Part shown: positions 46,350 through 56,683 of the stretch, in pieces | Numbering within the stretch: position 1 is the stretch's first letter | Layout: each line of letters starts with the position of its first letter | Source of the DNA: Fidelibacterota bacterium MT.SAG.2 | GTDB taxonomy: Bacteria > Fidelibacterota > SORT01 | Direction: 5' to 3' | Length of the DNA: 64,000 bases | Assembly: GCA_004402915.1 (NCBI GenBank) | Contig: SORU01000004.1 | Location: 11,525 to 75,524 of the forward strand | The notes under the pieces: model-generated | What the model saw: only the letters and a program-made list of their open reading frames with translations | Databases searched by the model: none | Told to the model about the DNA's origin: nothing | Position numbers and translations under genes: made by a program

Positions 46350-46688
46350 TTGAAATTTGATATAGATAATATTTTACAACAAGCTCAGAAAATGCAAAGC
46401 CAGCTGGAAAAAGTTCAAAAAGAATTAGAAGAAGTGGAAGTGGAAGGAAGCGCCGGGGGAGGAATGGTCACTGTAAAAGTAAATGGAAAACAAGAAGTGA
46501 CAGCTATCAAAATCGAGCCTGAAGTTTTGGGCGAAGATGTAGAGATGTTGGAAGACCTTGTTTTAGCGGCTATAAATCAAGCGATATCACGCTCAAAACA
46601 ATCAGCCGAAGAACATATGCAAAAGGTAACCGGCGGTTTAATGGGAAATTTACCGGGTGGAATGAAGATGCCTTTTCCCGGAATCTGA
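46350..46688 (+). CDS. ybaB: nucleoid-associated protein YbaB/EbfC
   Basis: ILQQAQKMQSQLEKVQKELEE...GGGMVTVKVNGKQEV matches the family. Conserved dnaX-ybaB-recR order. Confidence 0.9.
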   Translation: MKFDIDNILQQAQKMQSQLEKVQKELEEVEVEGSAGGGMVTVKVNGKQEVTAIKIEPEVLGEDVEMLEDLVLAAINQAISRSKQSAEEHMQKVTGGLMGNLPGGMKMPFPGI

Positions 46689-46698
46689 TCAATAGATT

Positions 46699-47292
46699 AT
46701 GTCCTCGTCTTCTCCATTATTAGAAAAACTTGTATCAGAACTTTCTAAATTACCCGGAATCGGGAGAAAATCAGCTCAGAGACTATCTTTCTATTTTTTG
46801 AAGCAAAGTAAATCTGAGGTTGAGGAGCTGGCACGAACACTGATTGAAGTGAAGGATAAAATAATTTCATGCGAGACCTGTTTTAACTTTACAGAAATCT
46901 CGCCCTGTTCAATTTGCTCAAGCGAGCACCGGAATAGATCGGTAATATGTGTTGTAGAAGAACCGACTGATCTTATGGCAATCGAACGGAGCGGTGAATA
47001 TAAGGGGTTATATCATGTCATCGGAGGTGTTATATCTCCTCTCGACGGAATTGGCCCGGAAGACCTGCATATCAGAGAACTCTTAAATAGGTTAGACTCG
47101 GTCGAAGAGGTGATAATTGCAACTAATCCGAGTATAGAAGGCGAAACGACTACATTGTATCTTCAAAGGGAAATAAAAAAACAAAATATAAAGGTCAGCA
47201 GAATAGCACGCGGAATACCGATGGGCAGCGCTCTTGAGCATGCCGATCAAGTGACTCTTGTCCGTGCATTTGAAGGCAGGATGGAGATATAG
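46699..47292 (+). CDS. recR: recombination protein RecR
   Basis: LPGIGRKSAQRLSFY helix-hairpin-helix, C4 zinc finger CETC..CSIC, and a Toprim domain. Confidence 0.93.
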   Translation: MSSSSPLLEKLVSELSKLPGIGRKSAQRLSFYFLKQSKSEVEELARTLIEVKDKIISCETCFNFTEISPCSICSSEHRNRSVICVVEEPTDLMAIERSGEYKGLYHVIGGVISPLDGIGPEDLHIRELLNRLDSVEEVIIATNPSIEGETTTLYLQREIKKQNIKVSRIARGIPMGSALEHADQVTLVRAFEGRMEI

Positions 47293-47306
47293 GGTAGTTC
47301 CAGCTG

Positions 47307-47924
47307 ATGACTCTACCAAACCAACTCACTATCTTTCGTTTAGCGCTTACGCCGCTATTTTTTATCCTAATGGTTTTTAGTGATACAACATATAGTATTT
47401 TCATAGCAACCATCGTATTTCTTATTGCATCATTAACCGATGCTTATGACGGTTTTATCGCGCGGAAATACGGTACGGTTACCAGATGGGGTACTTTTCT
47501 TGATCCGCTTGCGGATAAAATTCTGATAAGCGCAGCATTTGTCGCCTTGATGATAAAGGGTTATTTGAGTTTGTGGATGATTCTTATCGTAATAGCCAGG
47601 GACGCAATGGTAACTTTAATAAGGGCTTACGGGTTGTGGAAGAATAAACCCATTAAAACCGAACGATTCGCAAAATGGAAAACATCTTTACAAATAATTA
47701 TAGTTGGATTATTACTGTTGTATGATAACATGGTAACAAATCCCTTTGGAAAAACTCTCAGTCCGGAGTCGCAAGAGTTTATCCGTCAAAGTGGAATAGT
47801 TGATGCAGCAATGTTCGTAATTGTTCTACTGACCGTTTATTCGGGTATTTCGTATATCATTGGAAATCGTAAGTTTGTCAAGCAAATGGCTATTGGAATT
47901 TACAGAACAATTCTAAATTCATAA
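47307..47924 (+). CDS. pgsA: CDP-diacylglycerol--glycerol-3-phosphate 3-phosphatidyltransferase
   Basis: CDP-alcohol phosphatidyltransferase motif DAYDGFIARKYGTVTRWGTFLDPLADK. Confidence 0.85.
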   Translation: MTLPNQLTIFRLALTPLFFILMVFSDTTYSIFIATIVFLIASLTDAYDGFIARKYGTVTRWGTFLDPLADKILISAAFVALMIKGYLSLWMILIVIARDAMVTLIRAYGLWKNKPIKTERFAKWKTSLQIIIVGLLLLYDNMVTNPFGKTLSPESQEFIRQSGIVDAAMFVIVLLTVYSGISYIIGNRKFVKQMAIGIYRTILNS

Positions 47925-47930
47925 ATCCCT

Positions 47931-48377
47931 GTGTTGAGTTATCACTATCTTGTTGCCACCGGATTAGGCGTGGGGAAATTGCCGATGATGCCGGGCACTT
48001 TCGGAAGCATCTTAGGAACGCTTGCGTTTCTGCTCATCCCGACAGATTCATTATTAATCAGGTTGATAATTCTGGTCATAATTCTAATTGCAGGCGCGTT
48101 CTCTTCGTACAAGATTGAAATGATAACCGGGAAACAAGATAATCAGATCATTGTTATTGACGAGATCGCAGGTGTTTGGTTGACGCTAACGATCATTCCG
48201 GGGGGGACATGGTTTTCGCTTGCCGGACTTTTGTTATTCAGATTAATTGATATTTGGAAACCTTATCCGATAAAAAAATTGGAAAAAGTGAAATACGGAT
48301 ACGGAGTAATGCTCGATGATCTGCTTGCCGGGCTATACGCAGGTCTGTTGATACTAATTGTTAACAGCATGATATGA
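47931..48377 (+). CDS. pgpA: phosphatidylglycerophosphatase A
   Basis: GLGVGKLPMMPGTFGS...VIDEIAG...FRLIDIWKPYPI matches the PgpA pattern. GTG start. Confidence 0.8.
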   Translation: MLSYHYLVATGLGVGKLPMMPGTFGSILGTLAFLLIPTDSLLIRLIILVIILIAGAFSSYKIEMITGKQDNQIIVIDEIAGVWLTLTIIPGGTWFSLAGLLLFRLIDIWKPYPIKKLEKVKYGYGVMLDDLLAGLYAGLLILIVNSMI

Positions 48378-49615
48378 CGGCAGCGATAATAATAATCGGA
48401 GATGAAATCCTTCTTGGCCAAGTTAAGGATACGAATTCAAGTCATATAGCGGATAATCTTTTGAATGTAGGGGTGCGCGTTAAAAAGATCCTCACGGTGG
48501 GAGACAGCAAAGAGGAAATTGTCTCAGCTTTAAAAGAAACGTCTGGAAGCTACGACCATATATTTATCACCGGTGGTTTGGGTCCCACCAAAGATGATAT
48601 TACCAAATCCGCCTTTCTTGAATATTTCGGCGGAGAACTTGTTTTGGATGAAAATCTTCTAATTGAACTAAAATTAAAGTTCGAGGAGCGAGGATGGAAA
48701 TTCCATGAATCCAATATTAGCCAGGCGGAGTATCCGGACAGCTGTGAGGTTATTCCGAATGAAAGAGGCTCGGCTCAAGGGATGCTATTTCATCAGAACA
48801 ATTCAAAATATTTTGCAATGCCGGGAGTTCCTCATGAAATGGAAGGAATTTTGCACAGTTGGATCCTACCATATCTAAAAAAAGAATCGACCCAATCTTA
48901 TTTAAAGTACATCTCCATCGGTACAATAGGAATCAGCGAATCAGGCTTGTCAGAAATTATAGAACCGTTGAGAAACCGTTTAGGAGAAATAGAAATTGCA
49001 TACCTTCCCGGATACTACGGGGCAAGATTACGACTTACCGCCGAAGGGGCTGATCAGTCGGATGTGCAGAAGAGGTTAGACAATGCCCTATCAATTTTTC
49101 GTGATAAGATCGAGAAGTATGTATACTCTACCAAAGGCGATACTCTTTCTGAAGTGATAGGGTATCTGATGCGGGAAAAGAGTCTTACCCTTTCTGTAGC
49201 CGAATCTTGCACCGGCGGTCTCATTCAAGACCATCTGACCGATGTTCCCGGCTCATCTGATTATTTTATCGGAGGAGTTGTTTCTTATAGTAATGATATC
49301 AAAGATAAAATTCTTGGAGTCGAACTTGAAAGCATAGAGCAATTCGGAGCGGTAAGCAGTGAGGTAGCCATAGAAATGGCTGAAGGAGTAAGAAGGAAGA
49401 TGGGAAGTGACATAGGTTTATCTGTCACCGGAATAGCGGGACCCGGGGGTGGAACTGAAGAAAAACCGGTCGGATTGGTTCACATCGGATATTCAGATAA
49501 AAAAACTTCTAAATCGAATCAATATCAATTCGGAAATGATCGGATTATCAATAAGAAACGAAGCGCAGGAATGGCTTTGGGAATGTTATGGAAGAATCTT
49601 AAAGAGTATTCTTAA
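48374..49615 (+). CDS. cinA: CinA family protein (MoCF-binding domain plus nicotinamide-nucleotide amidohydrolase PncC domain)
   Basis: IIIIGDEILLGQVKDTNS, ITGGLGPTKDDIT and AESCTGGL motifs. Confidence 0.9.
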   Translation: MTAAIIIIGDEILLGQVKDTNSSHIADNLLNVGVRVKKILTVGDSKEEIVSALKETSGSYDHIFITGGLGPTKDDITKSAFLEYFGGELVLDENLLIELKLKFEERGWKFHESNISQAEYPDSCEVIPNERGSAQGMLFHQNNSKYFAMPGVPHEMEGILHSWILPYLKKESTQSYLKYISIGTIGISESGLSEIIEPLRNRLGEIEIAYLPGYYGARLRLTAEGADQSDVQKRLDNALSIFRDKIEKYVYSTKGDTLSEVIGYLMREKSLTLSVAESCTGGLIQDHLTDVPGSSDYFIGGVVSYSNDIKDKILGVELESIEQFGAVSSEVAIEMAEGVRRKMGSDIGLSVTGIAGPGGGTEEKPVGLVHIGYSDKKTSKSNQYQFGNDRIINKKRSAGMALGMLWKNLKEYS

Positions 49616-52581
49616 CGGAGCAATATCATCTTTTTAACTGCACTGAAACTTTCTGTAGTGATCGAGTAAAAATAAACACCTGAAGAAACGGTATTCTGCG
49701 CGTTATTCAGCCCGTCCCATATTACGCTGTGTCTTCCTGCTTCAAATTCTTCTTGCAGCAGTGTCGTAACTTCTTCCCCGAGTAAATTAAATATCTTCAG
49801 ATCCACTCTCCCGGAAACTGGCAGATCAAATTCAATAGTAGTTACGGGATTAAATGGATTCGGATAATTATTGTATAATGCATACTCTTTAGGCAGTGTG
49901 GAAATAATTTCGAGTCTGTGCTCAAAAGATCCACTTAAAAGAACGGCTCCATTCTTATTCCTGAGGTCGTATGCGATGGATATCATGCCGCTATATCCAT
50001 GTTTATCAGAAGTAAAGTTTACCCTAAAAATATCATCTTCCCATTGACTGAGCGGCTTATTATCGAGGGGCGCAACAACAATTTCTGCAACGCCTTCTGA
50101 ATTCTCTGTCCGCTTGATAAAGAGATTCATTCGGTTTTTATTATATTCAGTTGAAAGGGAAATATCTCTGACCTTTAATTTGGTTTGATCGTATGAAAGA
50201 AGCACTCTTCCTGACCATACATCTTCCAATTCCGGCAGCGAGAAATAAAGTTCCGCCGTTTGATTCTCATCGGTTTTATTAGAAACTTTTATCGGGTGTT
50301 CTGATTTAGAGTTGGAAAAATTAGAGATCTGTTTGGACAGCGAAACTCTGTTATTATCGTAAGACCAATTCCACATTAAGATGAATGTCATCAGATCCTC
50401 AAAATCTATGACGCCGTCTTTCGTGACTATCAGATTAGGCACTCTTGATGTATCGGCAACAGGTCCGGTTTCCCTGACTAAATCTTGAGAGTTCCATGTG
50501 TCAACAAATCCTGCGATATCGTCGAAATCAATTTTAAAGTCTCCCGAAAAATCCCCGACCAAATTATTTACAATAAAATCGTTCGATTCAACCCACTTGC
50601 TCCTGTCATTATCTATAGCTGCAAAACGTAATCTGGTAGCTGCGTCAAGAACAAACCCAACATCAAGCACAGAATCCCAAATAGTTGTTGGTGTATATCT
50701 GATTGTTGGAGTGAAAGTTGTTGGAAGGAGAGTATTAGATTCTCCAAGAGGAGTACCTCTGTTCCATGTAGAACCGCTGTCACTGCTGAACTGTATCAAG
50801 ATATGCAACGTATCTCCCTCAATGTCCGTAAGCTCAAGAGGCAAGTTAATTTTACCAGTTATTGTATCAGGAATATCCATCGGTACTGTCAGGACCTCAG
50901 GTGGACGGTTATTATCCACGTGTATGGTAACGGTATCAATCCAAGCGCCGATATGCTCATCTCTTGCTCTTATTCTGAACTCGACTCCGATTCGATCTTC
51001 GTGGGATAGCTGTCCTACAGAATCGGACTGCCAGATCAGTGTCCCTGTGTATTTATCAGAGAATAGAGTATTTGTCTCACCGACTATCAATGCCGTAGTC
51101 CATGAAGGATCGCCGTTTCTCCTGAATTCAATATCGAGAAATACAGAGTCACCTTCATTATCTATGATTTCATAGTCAAAGGAATGATCTCCGACGACTT
51201 CTTTCGGATCTAGCGGAAATACGGAAGTGAAGCTTACTTCAGGTAAACCGATGTTATCTATGGATAACGGAACGATAGCAGAGAAGCCTCTGTCATTGTC
51301 ATGAGGAGTCAGCCGAATTTGAGCATCACCTTCAAAGAGAGGTATATCTATGAGCGAATGCCATGTCACTGCTGAACTATAGTTTAAGATATTTGAAGAA
51401 TCGCCTGTTATTGAGGCGTTGTTCCAGGTGGAGCCATTATTGATTGAATATTCAATCAGTAATCCCAAAACATCTTTTTCAACGTCGATTAAATTATAAT
51501 TTATCAGAGCGTTCCCTCTGAATCCATCCTCCGTCGGGCCTGAAGCGGAAATAGAAGGGGGATTATTGTTATCCACATGAAAGGATGTAGTAGCGACAGT
51601 GTTTCCAGTATCGTTGTCCGCGACGGTTATTCTGAACAATATATTTGTGTCATCAACTCCCGGCAGATCGTTCAAGGAGTTCCAAATCAAACTCCCGGAA
51701 TAATCAGCTGAACTGATTCCGGGTTGAGTCAGCGCCTGATTCCAAACACCATCTACGGCGTATTCACCAATCAGCATAAGCAGATCGTTCTCGCTATCGG
51801 TGAGTTGATAAGAAATTTCTATATTACCTGATGATTCTCCCGGCGGCGTACTGATAGTCGCAGAAGGAAGGCTGTTATTATCAATATGAAACGGTTCCGA
51901 AACTGCCGTGTTTCCGTTGTCGTTATCTGCGACAGTGATCCTGAATCGAATGGACTCATCATCTATCCCCTGCAAATCGGCTAATGAATTCCAAAGCATA
52001 ATGCCTGAGTAATTATCAGAAGTGATGCCGGTTTGGGTCAGCGCCGGGTTCCAAACACCTTCTACTGCATACTCACCTATCAGTGTAAGTTCATCGTTTT
52101 CATCGTCTGAGAGTTGATATGATATTGCAATATCCCCAATTACTTCTCCGGCAGGAGTTTCAATTGAAGCAAATGGCGGCTCATTATTGTCGAGGTGGAA
52201 AGCAGCGCTTTCGCCGGCAGAGCCGCTGCCGTTTGAATCTGAAGGAGTAATACGGAATATTGCGTTGATCGCATCAACTCCGCTTGCATCTGTAAGGGAA
52301 TTCCAAATTATAGAGCCTGAATAACCGGCAGGAGGAATGTTGCTGGCTGTACCTGTGATTGTTGCGGCAGTGAATCCGTTTCCTATGTCGAACTCAACCA
52401 AGAGATCAACTGGCAGATTATCAGAATCCGCGATGAGATAATCGAAAGTGATGTCTCCACTGAACTCTCCTGAGCCGTTAATGGTAACGGTTATAGATGG
52501 AACAACAGCTAGACTCGTAGTGGAACTAATCATTATCAGCAATAATAATTGAAGGATTTTTTGATGAATACTATTCAGCAA
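49612..52581 (-). CDS. 989-aa surface protein: at least 5 tandem ~100-aa modules, dockerin-like and cohesin-like segments, T9SS C-terminal sorting domain
   Basis: Signal peptide. Modules each end in FH(L/I/V)DNN.PP. GDFSGDFKIDFDDIAGFVDTW and KDGVIDFEDLMTFILMW are dockerin-like. C-terminal NNYPNPFNPVTT...SGVYFYSI...KKMILLR. Confidence 0.75.
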   Translation of the reverse strand: MLNSIHQKILQLLLLIMISSTTSLAVVPSITVTINGSGEFSGDITFDYLIADSDNLPVDLLVEFDIGNGFTAATITGTASNIPPAGYSGSIIWNSLTDASGVDAINAIFRITPSDSNGSGSAGESAAFHLDNNEPPFASIETPAGEVIGDIAISYQLSDDENDELTLIGEYAVEGVWNPALTQTGITSDNYSGIMLWNSLADLQGIDDESIRFRITVADNDNGNTAVSEPFHIDNNSLPSATISTPPGESSGNIEISYQLTDSENDLLMLIGEYAVDGVWNQALTQPGISSADYSGSLIWNSLNDLPGVDDTNILFRITVADNDTGNTVATTSFHVDNNNPPSISASGPTEDGFRGNALINYNLIDVEKDVLGLLIEYSINNGSTWNNASITGDSSNILNYSSAVTWHSLIDIPLFEGDAQIRLTPHDNDRGFSAIVPLSIDNIGLPEVSFTSVFPLDPKEVVGDHSFDYEIIDNEGDSVFLDIEFRRNGDPSWTTALIVGETNTLFSDKYTGTLIWQSDSVGQLSHEDRIGVEFRIRARDEHIGAWIDTVTIHVDNNRPPEVLTVPMDIPDTITGKINLPLELTDIEGDTLHILIQFSSDSGSTWNRGTPLGESNTLLPTTFTPTIRYTPTTIWDSVLDVGFVLDAATRLRFAAIDNDRSKWVESNDFIVNNLVGDFSGDFKIDFDDIAGFVDTWNSQDLVRETGPVADTSRVPNLIVTKDGVIDFEDLMTFILMWNWSYDNNRVSLSKQISNFSNSKSEHPIKVSNKTDENQTAELYFSLPELEDVWSGRVLLSYDQTKLKVRDISLSTEYNKNRMNLFIKRTENSEGVAEIVVAPLDNKPLSQWEDDIFRVNFTSDKHGYSGMISIAYDLRNKNGAVLLSGSFEHRLEIISTLPKEYALYNNYPNPFNPVTTIEFDLPVSGRVDLKIFNLLGEEVTTLLQEEFEAGRHSVIWDGLNNAQNTVSSGVYFYSITTESFSAVKKMILLR

Positions 52582-53449
52582 TTATTATCCCCTTGACAAG
52601 GCTTGAGTCTTGGAAAACTATATCCTTGTTTTCAGAGTCTCTGTAAATTGACTCGGAGCTAAATCTAATAGTAGATGTGCCTGAGAGTAGGGGTTTTACC
52701 TCCAGAATAGCCAATTCCCCTGTCCCATTTACCGAATCTGCATCAGCGCCCGCTAAAGCCATATTCAACGTTATTGTGCCTATACCATCACTGTCAGACC
52801 GTACCGATTCTAAAAATAGAGTCGTTTCGCCATTAGGTGAAAGGAAAAAAAGTGAATCAGCAGGAGCGGTTATATTCCCTATTGACAATGAATCAAGAGA
52901 ATATTTAAGTACGATTTTCGCGCCGGTCAAGCCTGTAACTTCTTCAGCAAATATTTCCATCGTAAATGGAATACCAACGACAGCCTTATCATATTTTCTC
53001 GGATGAAACCGCAAAGTAGGTCCTACTATATTGTCGACTCTAAATTCATAATGTGTCGGTGGATCCTCAATTTCACCGTTTGGATAGTGTGTACGAATAT
53101 CAAAACTGTTCAGAGTATCTGTCAAGTAAGTAAAAGTTACCGTCCTAATCGCCGAAGTGTCGGTATAGTCACTTCCGTTCAAACTATAAGACCAACGAAT
53201 ATTTATATACTCGGATGTATCAATTGATGTGCCTGTTGGTGAGCCTGTACGGGTCGAATTCCAAATAAAAGTGGTCGTATGCTCTTTTATCAAAGAATCC
53301 GGTTTATCAATCAGGATTGTTTCCGGCGACTTGTAAAAATCAGAGCTGGGATCCCACACATTAGCATAATCTGTCGAATCAGGCGCATCTTCAAACAATG
53401 AACATCCTATAAATAGGAAGAGGAGGGTTACGAAAAATAATTTTTTCAA
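52571..53449 (-). CDS. lipoprotein with cohesin-like C-terminal domain
   Basis: Lipobox LFIGCS. FTMEIFAEEVTGLTGAKIVLKYSLDSLSIGNI...ELAILEVKPLLSGTSTIRFS resembles cohesin modules. Its last 11 nt overlap the start of the next gene. Confidence 0.5.
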   Translation of the reverse strand: MKKLFFVTLLFLFIGCSLFEDAPDSTDYANVWDPSSDFYKSPETILIDKPDSLIKEHTTTFIWNSTRTGSPTGTSIDTSEYINIRWSYSLNGSDYTDTSAIRTVTFTYLTDTLNSFDIRTHYPNGEIEDPPTHYEFRVDNIVGPTLRFHPRKYDKAVVGIPFTMEIFAEEVTGLTGAKIVLKYSLDSLSIGNITAPADSLFFLSPNGETTLFLESVRSDSDGIGTITLNMALAGADADSVNGTGELAILEVKPLLSGTSTIRFSSESIYRDSENKDIVFQDSSLVKGIIIAE

Positions 53450-54864
53450 AATTTTGTGTTCAAAGTAATTAGAAGTGCATTATTAGTTGTAGAGTAACTT
53501 AATGCGGGAAAACGAGCCTTTTCTGATTCCCATGGATCTCGAATTCTCGGAGGGAAACCGAGCAATGCGTCATTGAGATTGTAGAACCAAAACAATGTCG
53601 TGGCAGCCACGGCGGTAAGTCCTATTAGCCTTTTATTGTTTGCCTCATCGAGAGCGAAGTCCATATCGGTGCGAGCTCCATCAATTCTTTCATCCAGAAG
53701 TATAGATGCCTTGTAAATGTCTCTTTTTTCTTCATAAGTTTTTAACGCATCTGAATACTGTTGGTTCATAAATAGACTCGCCAAAATCCCTGAAGCATAA
53801 ATGATAGGGAATAATGTCGCTCGTTTATAATGCCCTGAATAAGCCTGACCCCATCCGGGAAGCAGAGCTGAATAAAACATGGCAAGGTATCGATTTTTGT
53901 ATTTTAATACCAATTCAACGTGCTTAGGCTCATAACCGTTGATTTGTGTCGTCAACTCTTGGTCATAATATCCAATATGCTTTGCGATGATATTATATTC
54001 TCCCCAAAACACTTTTTCATCCTTATAAGGGATTGCGCCAACTCGGATATCATTCAAGGTCAGACTGGCGCCGTAAGGTAATCCTGAAACGTATAATTCG
54101 CCCAATTTAAACCTGAAATTCGAGACAACAGTTAAAATCGGTTCATCAGGTGTGAGAAGAATTTTCTGAATTTTCTCTTTGAACTCAGAAGTGTTTACTA
54201 CTCTGACCGAATGGCTCCCGAAGCTCATATCAGAATTTGCGTACGGAGTTTTTCCGACAAGAATTCCATCGACGTAGACAATCGCGCTGTCAGCATCACT
54301 TTTAACTATAAGAGTGCCCGATATCACGGTTTTAGGAGTCTCCAAGAGTTTGTTTATTAAGTCGGGAAGTTGAATATTTATCAGTTGCTCCCAATCACTT
54401 GTCAGAGTTTTGGATACATGGTTCATCCGTCTTTTTTGAACTGTTCCTACGAGATTCAGATCAAAATGATAACCGTTCGGGAGCAATCGGATCTCTCCAC
54501 CTATGCCAAAATCAGCGCCTGTATTCTGTCCAAAAGCGGAAAGGCAATCAACAGATTTACAATTGCTTTGAGTTGAAAGATTTTGACTCTGAAGAATTTC
54601 TCGCACTTGATCCGCGCTGAACACAAAATAATTACCGTTCTTTTTTATAATGATCCGAATTCGTGAATCCAATTTCCTTCCAACCAGGTCGCTCAGATTG
54701 ATGAGGGTTAAAGGATGTATAGCCATACGCTGCGCCGGTATAGGATTGGGCATTGATAATACGCTGTCAGAGATTGCCTGTGCCCTCAGCGAAGCATAAT
54801 TAACGGCAGAAATTATCCATAACAGTAGTCCCAAATTAAGAAAACGTTTAATACATGACCTCAC
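53446..54864 (-). CDS. PEGA-domain protein with C-terminal membrane segment (DUF5683-like LLPGWGQ motif)
   Basis: Signal peptide. Two PEGA-like units (AIVYVDGILVGKTPY, LTLNDIRVGAIPY). ALLPGWGQAYSGHYKRA and TM helices. First gene of the 3-gene operon. Confidence 0.6.
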   Translation of the reverse strand: MRSCIKRFLNLGLLLWIISAVNYASLRAQAISDSVLSMPNPIPAQRMAIHPLTLINLSDLVGRKLDSRIRIIIKKNGNYFVFSADQVREILQSQNLSTQSNCKSVDCLSAFGQNTGADFGIGGEIRLLPNGYHFDLNLVGTVQKRRMNHVSKTLTSDWEQLINIQLPDLINKLLETPKTVISGTLIVKSDADSAIVYVDGILVGKTPYANSDMSFGSHSVRVVNTSEFKEKIQKILLTPDEPILTVVSNFRFKLGELYVSGLPYGASLTLNDIRVGAIPYKDEKVFWGEYNIIAKHIGYYDQELTTQINGYEPKHVELVLKYKNRYLAMFYSALLPGWGQAYSGHYKRATLFPIIYASGILASLFMNQQYSDALKTYEEKRDIYKASILLDERIDGARTDMDFALDEANNKRLIGLTAVAATTLFWFYNLNDALLGFPPRIRDPWESEKARFPALSYSTTNNALLITLNTKF

Positions 54865-55024
54865 GAGTTATCTGTACAACAAAATGTATTTTTCAAATGT
54901 GGAAAAGTCAAGAGGATAGAAGGTTTTTAAGATTTTATACTGTTTATCCGAGTAGTTAGCGAGATGTATTACATTTCTTTTGCTTACATGATTTATAAAG
55001 TATAAATTACCAATCTATGCCAAA

Positions 55025-55588
55025 ATGATGATCAGAACCTTTATAGCGATCGAACTCCCAACTGAGGTAAAGCAGGTTGCCCGGCAAATTCAAAATCAAT
55101 TGGGAGAAAGTATAGAAGGAATAAAGTGGGTAAAACAGGAGAATTTACATTTAAGTGTGAAATTTCTTGGAAATGTGGAAGAGAATAGGATAAACGATAT
55201 TGCGACTGCTGTGAAAAACGCTGTGAAAGAGAGTTCGGTGATGAACCTTAAAACAGGGCATTGGGGCGCTTTCCCTAATGAAAAAAGTCCGCGAATTCTT
55301 TGGCTTGGATTAGAAGGCGATGTCCCGGATTTCATTCGTATGTCTAAAAATTGTGAATCGGAACTGGCAAAATTGGGTTATGAAATAGATGCTCGGGGGA
55401 ATAAGCCTCATATTACTATTGGAAGAATAAGAAGTTCGAAAAAGCAAAAAGGTATGATTAATATTTTAAAAGATATACCTATCGAGAGTATATTATTCAG
55501 AGTAGATGAATTAAAAGTGATGCGAAGTGAGTTAAACCGAAATGGAGCGGTTTACACAAACCTGCAGTCCGTCAAACTTGATAAATAG
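55025..55588 (+). CDS. thpR: RNA 2',3'-cyclic phosphodiesterase (2H phosphoesterase, ThpR/LigT)
   Basis: IRTFIAIELP plus two HxT/S motifs (HLSVKFLG, HITIGR). Confidence 0.85.
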   Translation: MMIRTFIAIELPTEVKQVARQIQNQLGESIEGIKWVKQENLHLSVKFLGNVEENRINDIATAVKNAVKESSVMNLKTGHWGAFPNEKSPRILWLGLEGDVPDFIRMSKNCESELAKLGYEIDARGNKPHITIGRIRSSKKQKGMINILKDIPIESILFRVDELKVMRSELNRNGAVYTNLQSVKLDK

Positions 55589-55597
55589 GAGTTAGGA

Positions 55598-56662
55598 ATG
55601 GCTAAATCTGAAGACGCAAAAGCGAAAGCGCTTGAATTGGCAATAGGTCAAATCGATAAACAATTTGGCAAGGGGGCAATCATGAGGCTCGGTGATTCGG
55701 ATGTAAACATGGAGATTCAAGTGATACCGACCGGAGCTTTATCTCTTGATGCCGCTCTTGGGATCGGCGGCGTGCCGCGCGGAAGGGTCATCGAAATATA
55801 TGGTCCTGAGGCTTCAGGTAAGACAACACTGAGTTTGCACATCATGGCTGAAACGCAAAAACTCGGAGGCAAAGTAGCATTTATTGACGCGGAACACGCG
55901 CTTGATCCGAAATATGCCGCCAAGTTGGGAGTGAATACAGACGATCTTTTATTGTCGCAGCCGGATTCGGGAGAGCAGGCATTGGAGATAACGGAAACGT
56001 TGGTACGCAGCAACGCAATCGATACTATAGTTATTGATTCTGTAGCTGCCTTAGTTCCCAGAGCGGAGCTCGAGGGAGAGATGGGTGATTCGCATATGGG
56101 ATTACAAGCGAGGTTGATGTCTCAAGCGCTTCGAAAATTGGCGGGTATCATTAAAAAATCAAATACCTGTGTAATTTTTATCAATCAAATTCGGATGAAA
56201 ATAGGCGTTATGTTCGGCAGTCCCGAGACTACCACCGGAGGCAGGGCGCTAAAATTTTACGCATCCGTTCGATTGGATATCAGGAGAATCGGAGCCATCA
56301 AGGAAGGTTCGAATGCAGTCGGGAACAGGGTAAGAGTTAAAGTCGTAAAGAATAAGATGGCGCCGCCATTTAGGGAGGTGGAACTCGATATAATGTACGG
56401 TTTCGGAATCTCATACGAGGCTGATATACTCGATATCGCATTGGAAGCCGATCTCATCTCGAAAATGGGAAGCTGGTATTCTTATGGTGACGAAAGGCTC
56501 GGACAAGGCAGAGAAAATACAAAAGTGTACTTACATGATAATCCGGATATGCTCGAGGATCTGACTGTGAAAGTGAAAGAACACTTAGGATTGATAGATA
56601 GCCCCGAATCTGCTGATTCCGAAAATAAGGACGCTGACAAAAAGGATGAAGAAAAAGAATAG
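55598..56662 (+). CDS. recA: recombinase RecA
   Basis: [20 protein letters not shown], Walker [20 protein letters not shown] and VIDSVAAL. Confidence 0.97.
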   Translation: MAKSEDAKAKALELAIGQIDKQFGKGAIMRLGDSDVNMEIQVIPTGALSLDAALGIGGVPRGRVIEIYGPEASGKTTLSLHIMAETQKLGGKVAFIDAEHALDPKYAAKLGVNTDDLLLSQPDSGEQALEITETLVRSNAIDTIVIDSVAALVPRAELEGEMGDSHMGLQARLMSQALRKLAGIIKKSNTCVIFINQIRMKIGVMFGSPETTTGGRALKFYASVRLDIRRIGAIKEGSNAVGNRVRVKVVKNKMAPPFREVELDIMYGFGISYEADILDIALEADLISKMGSWYSYGDERLGQGRENTKVYLHDNPDMLEDLTVKVKEHLGLIDSPESADSENKDADKKDEEKE

Positions 56663-56683
56663 ATATCATAATTAAAATATTTT

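Noticed and set aside
50498-51175. 225-aa plus-strand ORF inside the 989-aa surface-protein gene
   Set aside because: It is antisense to a gene with clear modular repeats and a T9SS tail. Its translation is Ser-rich and low-complexity, and it has no RBS.
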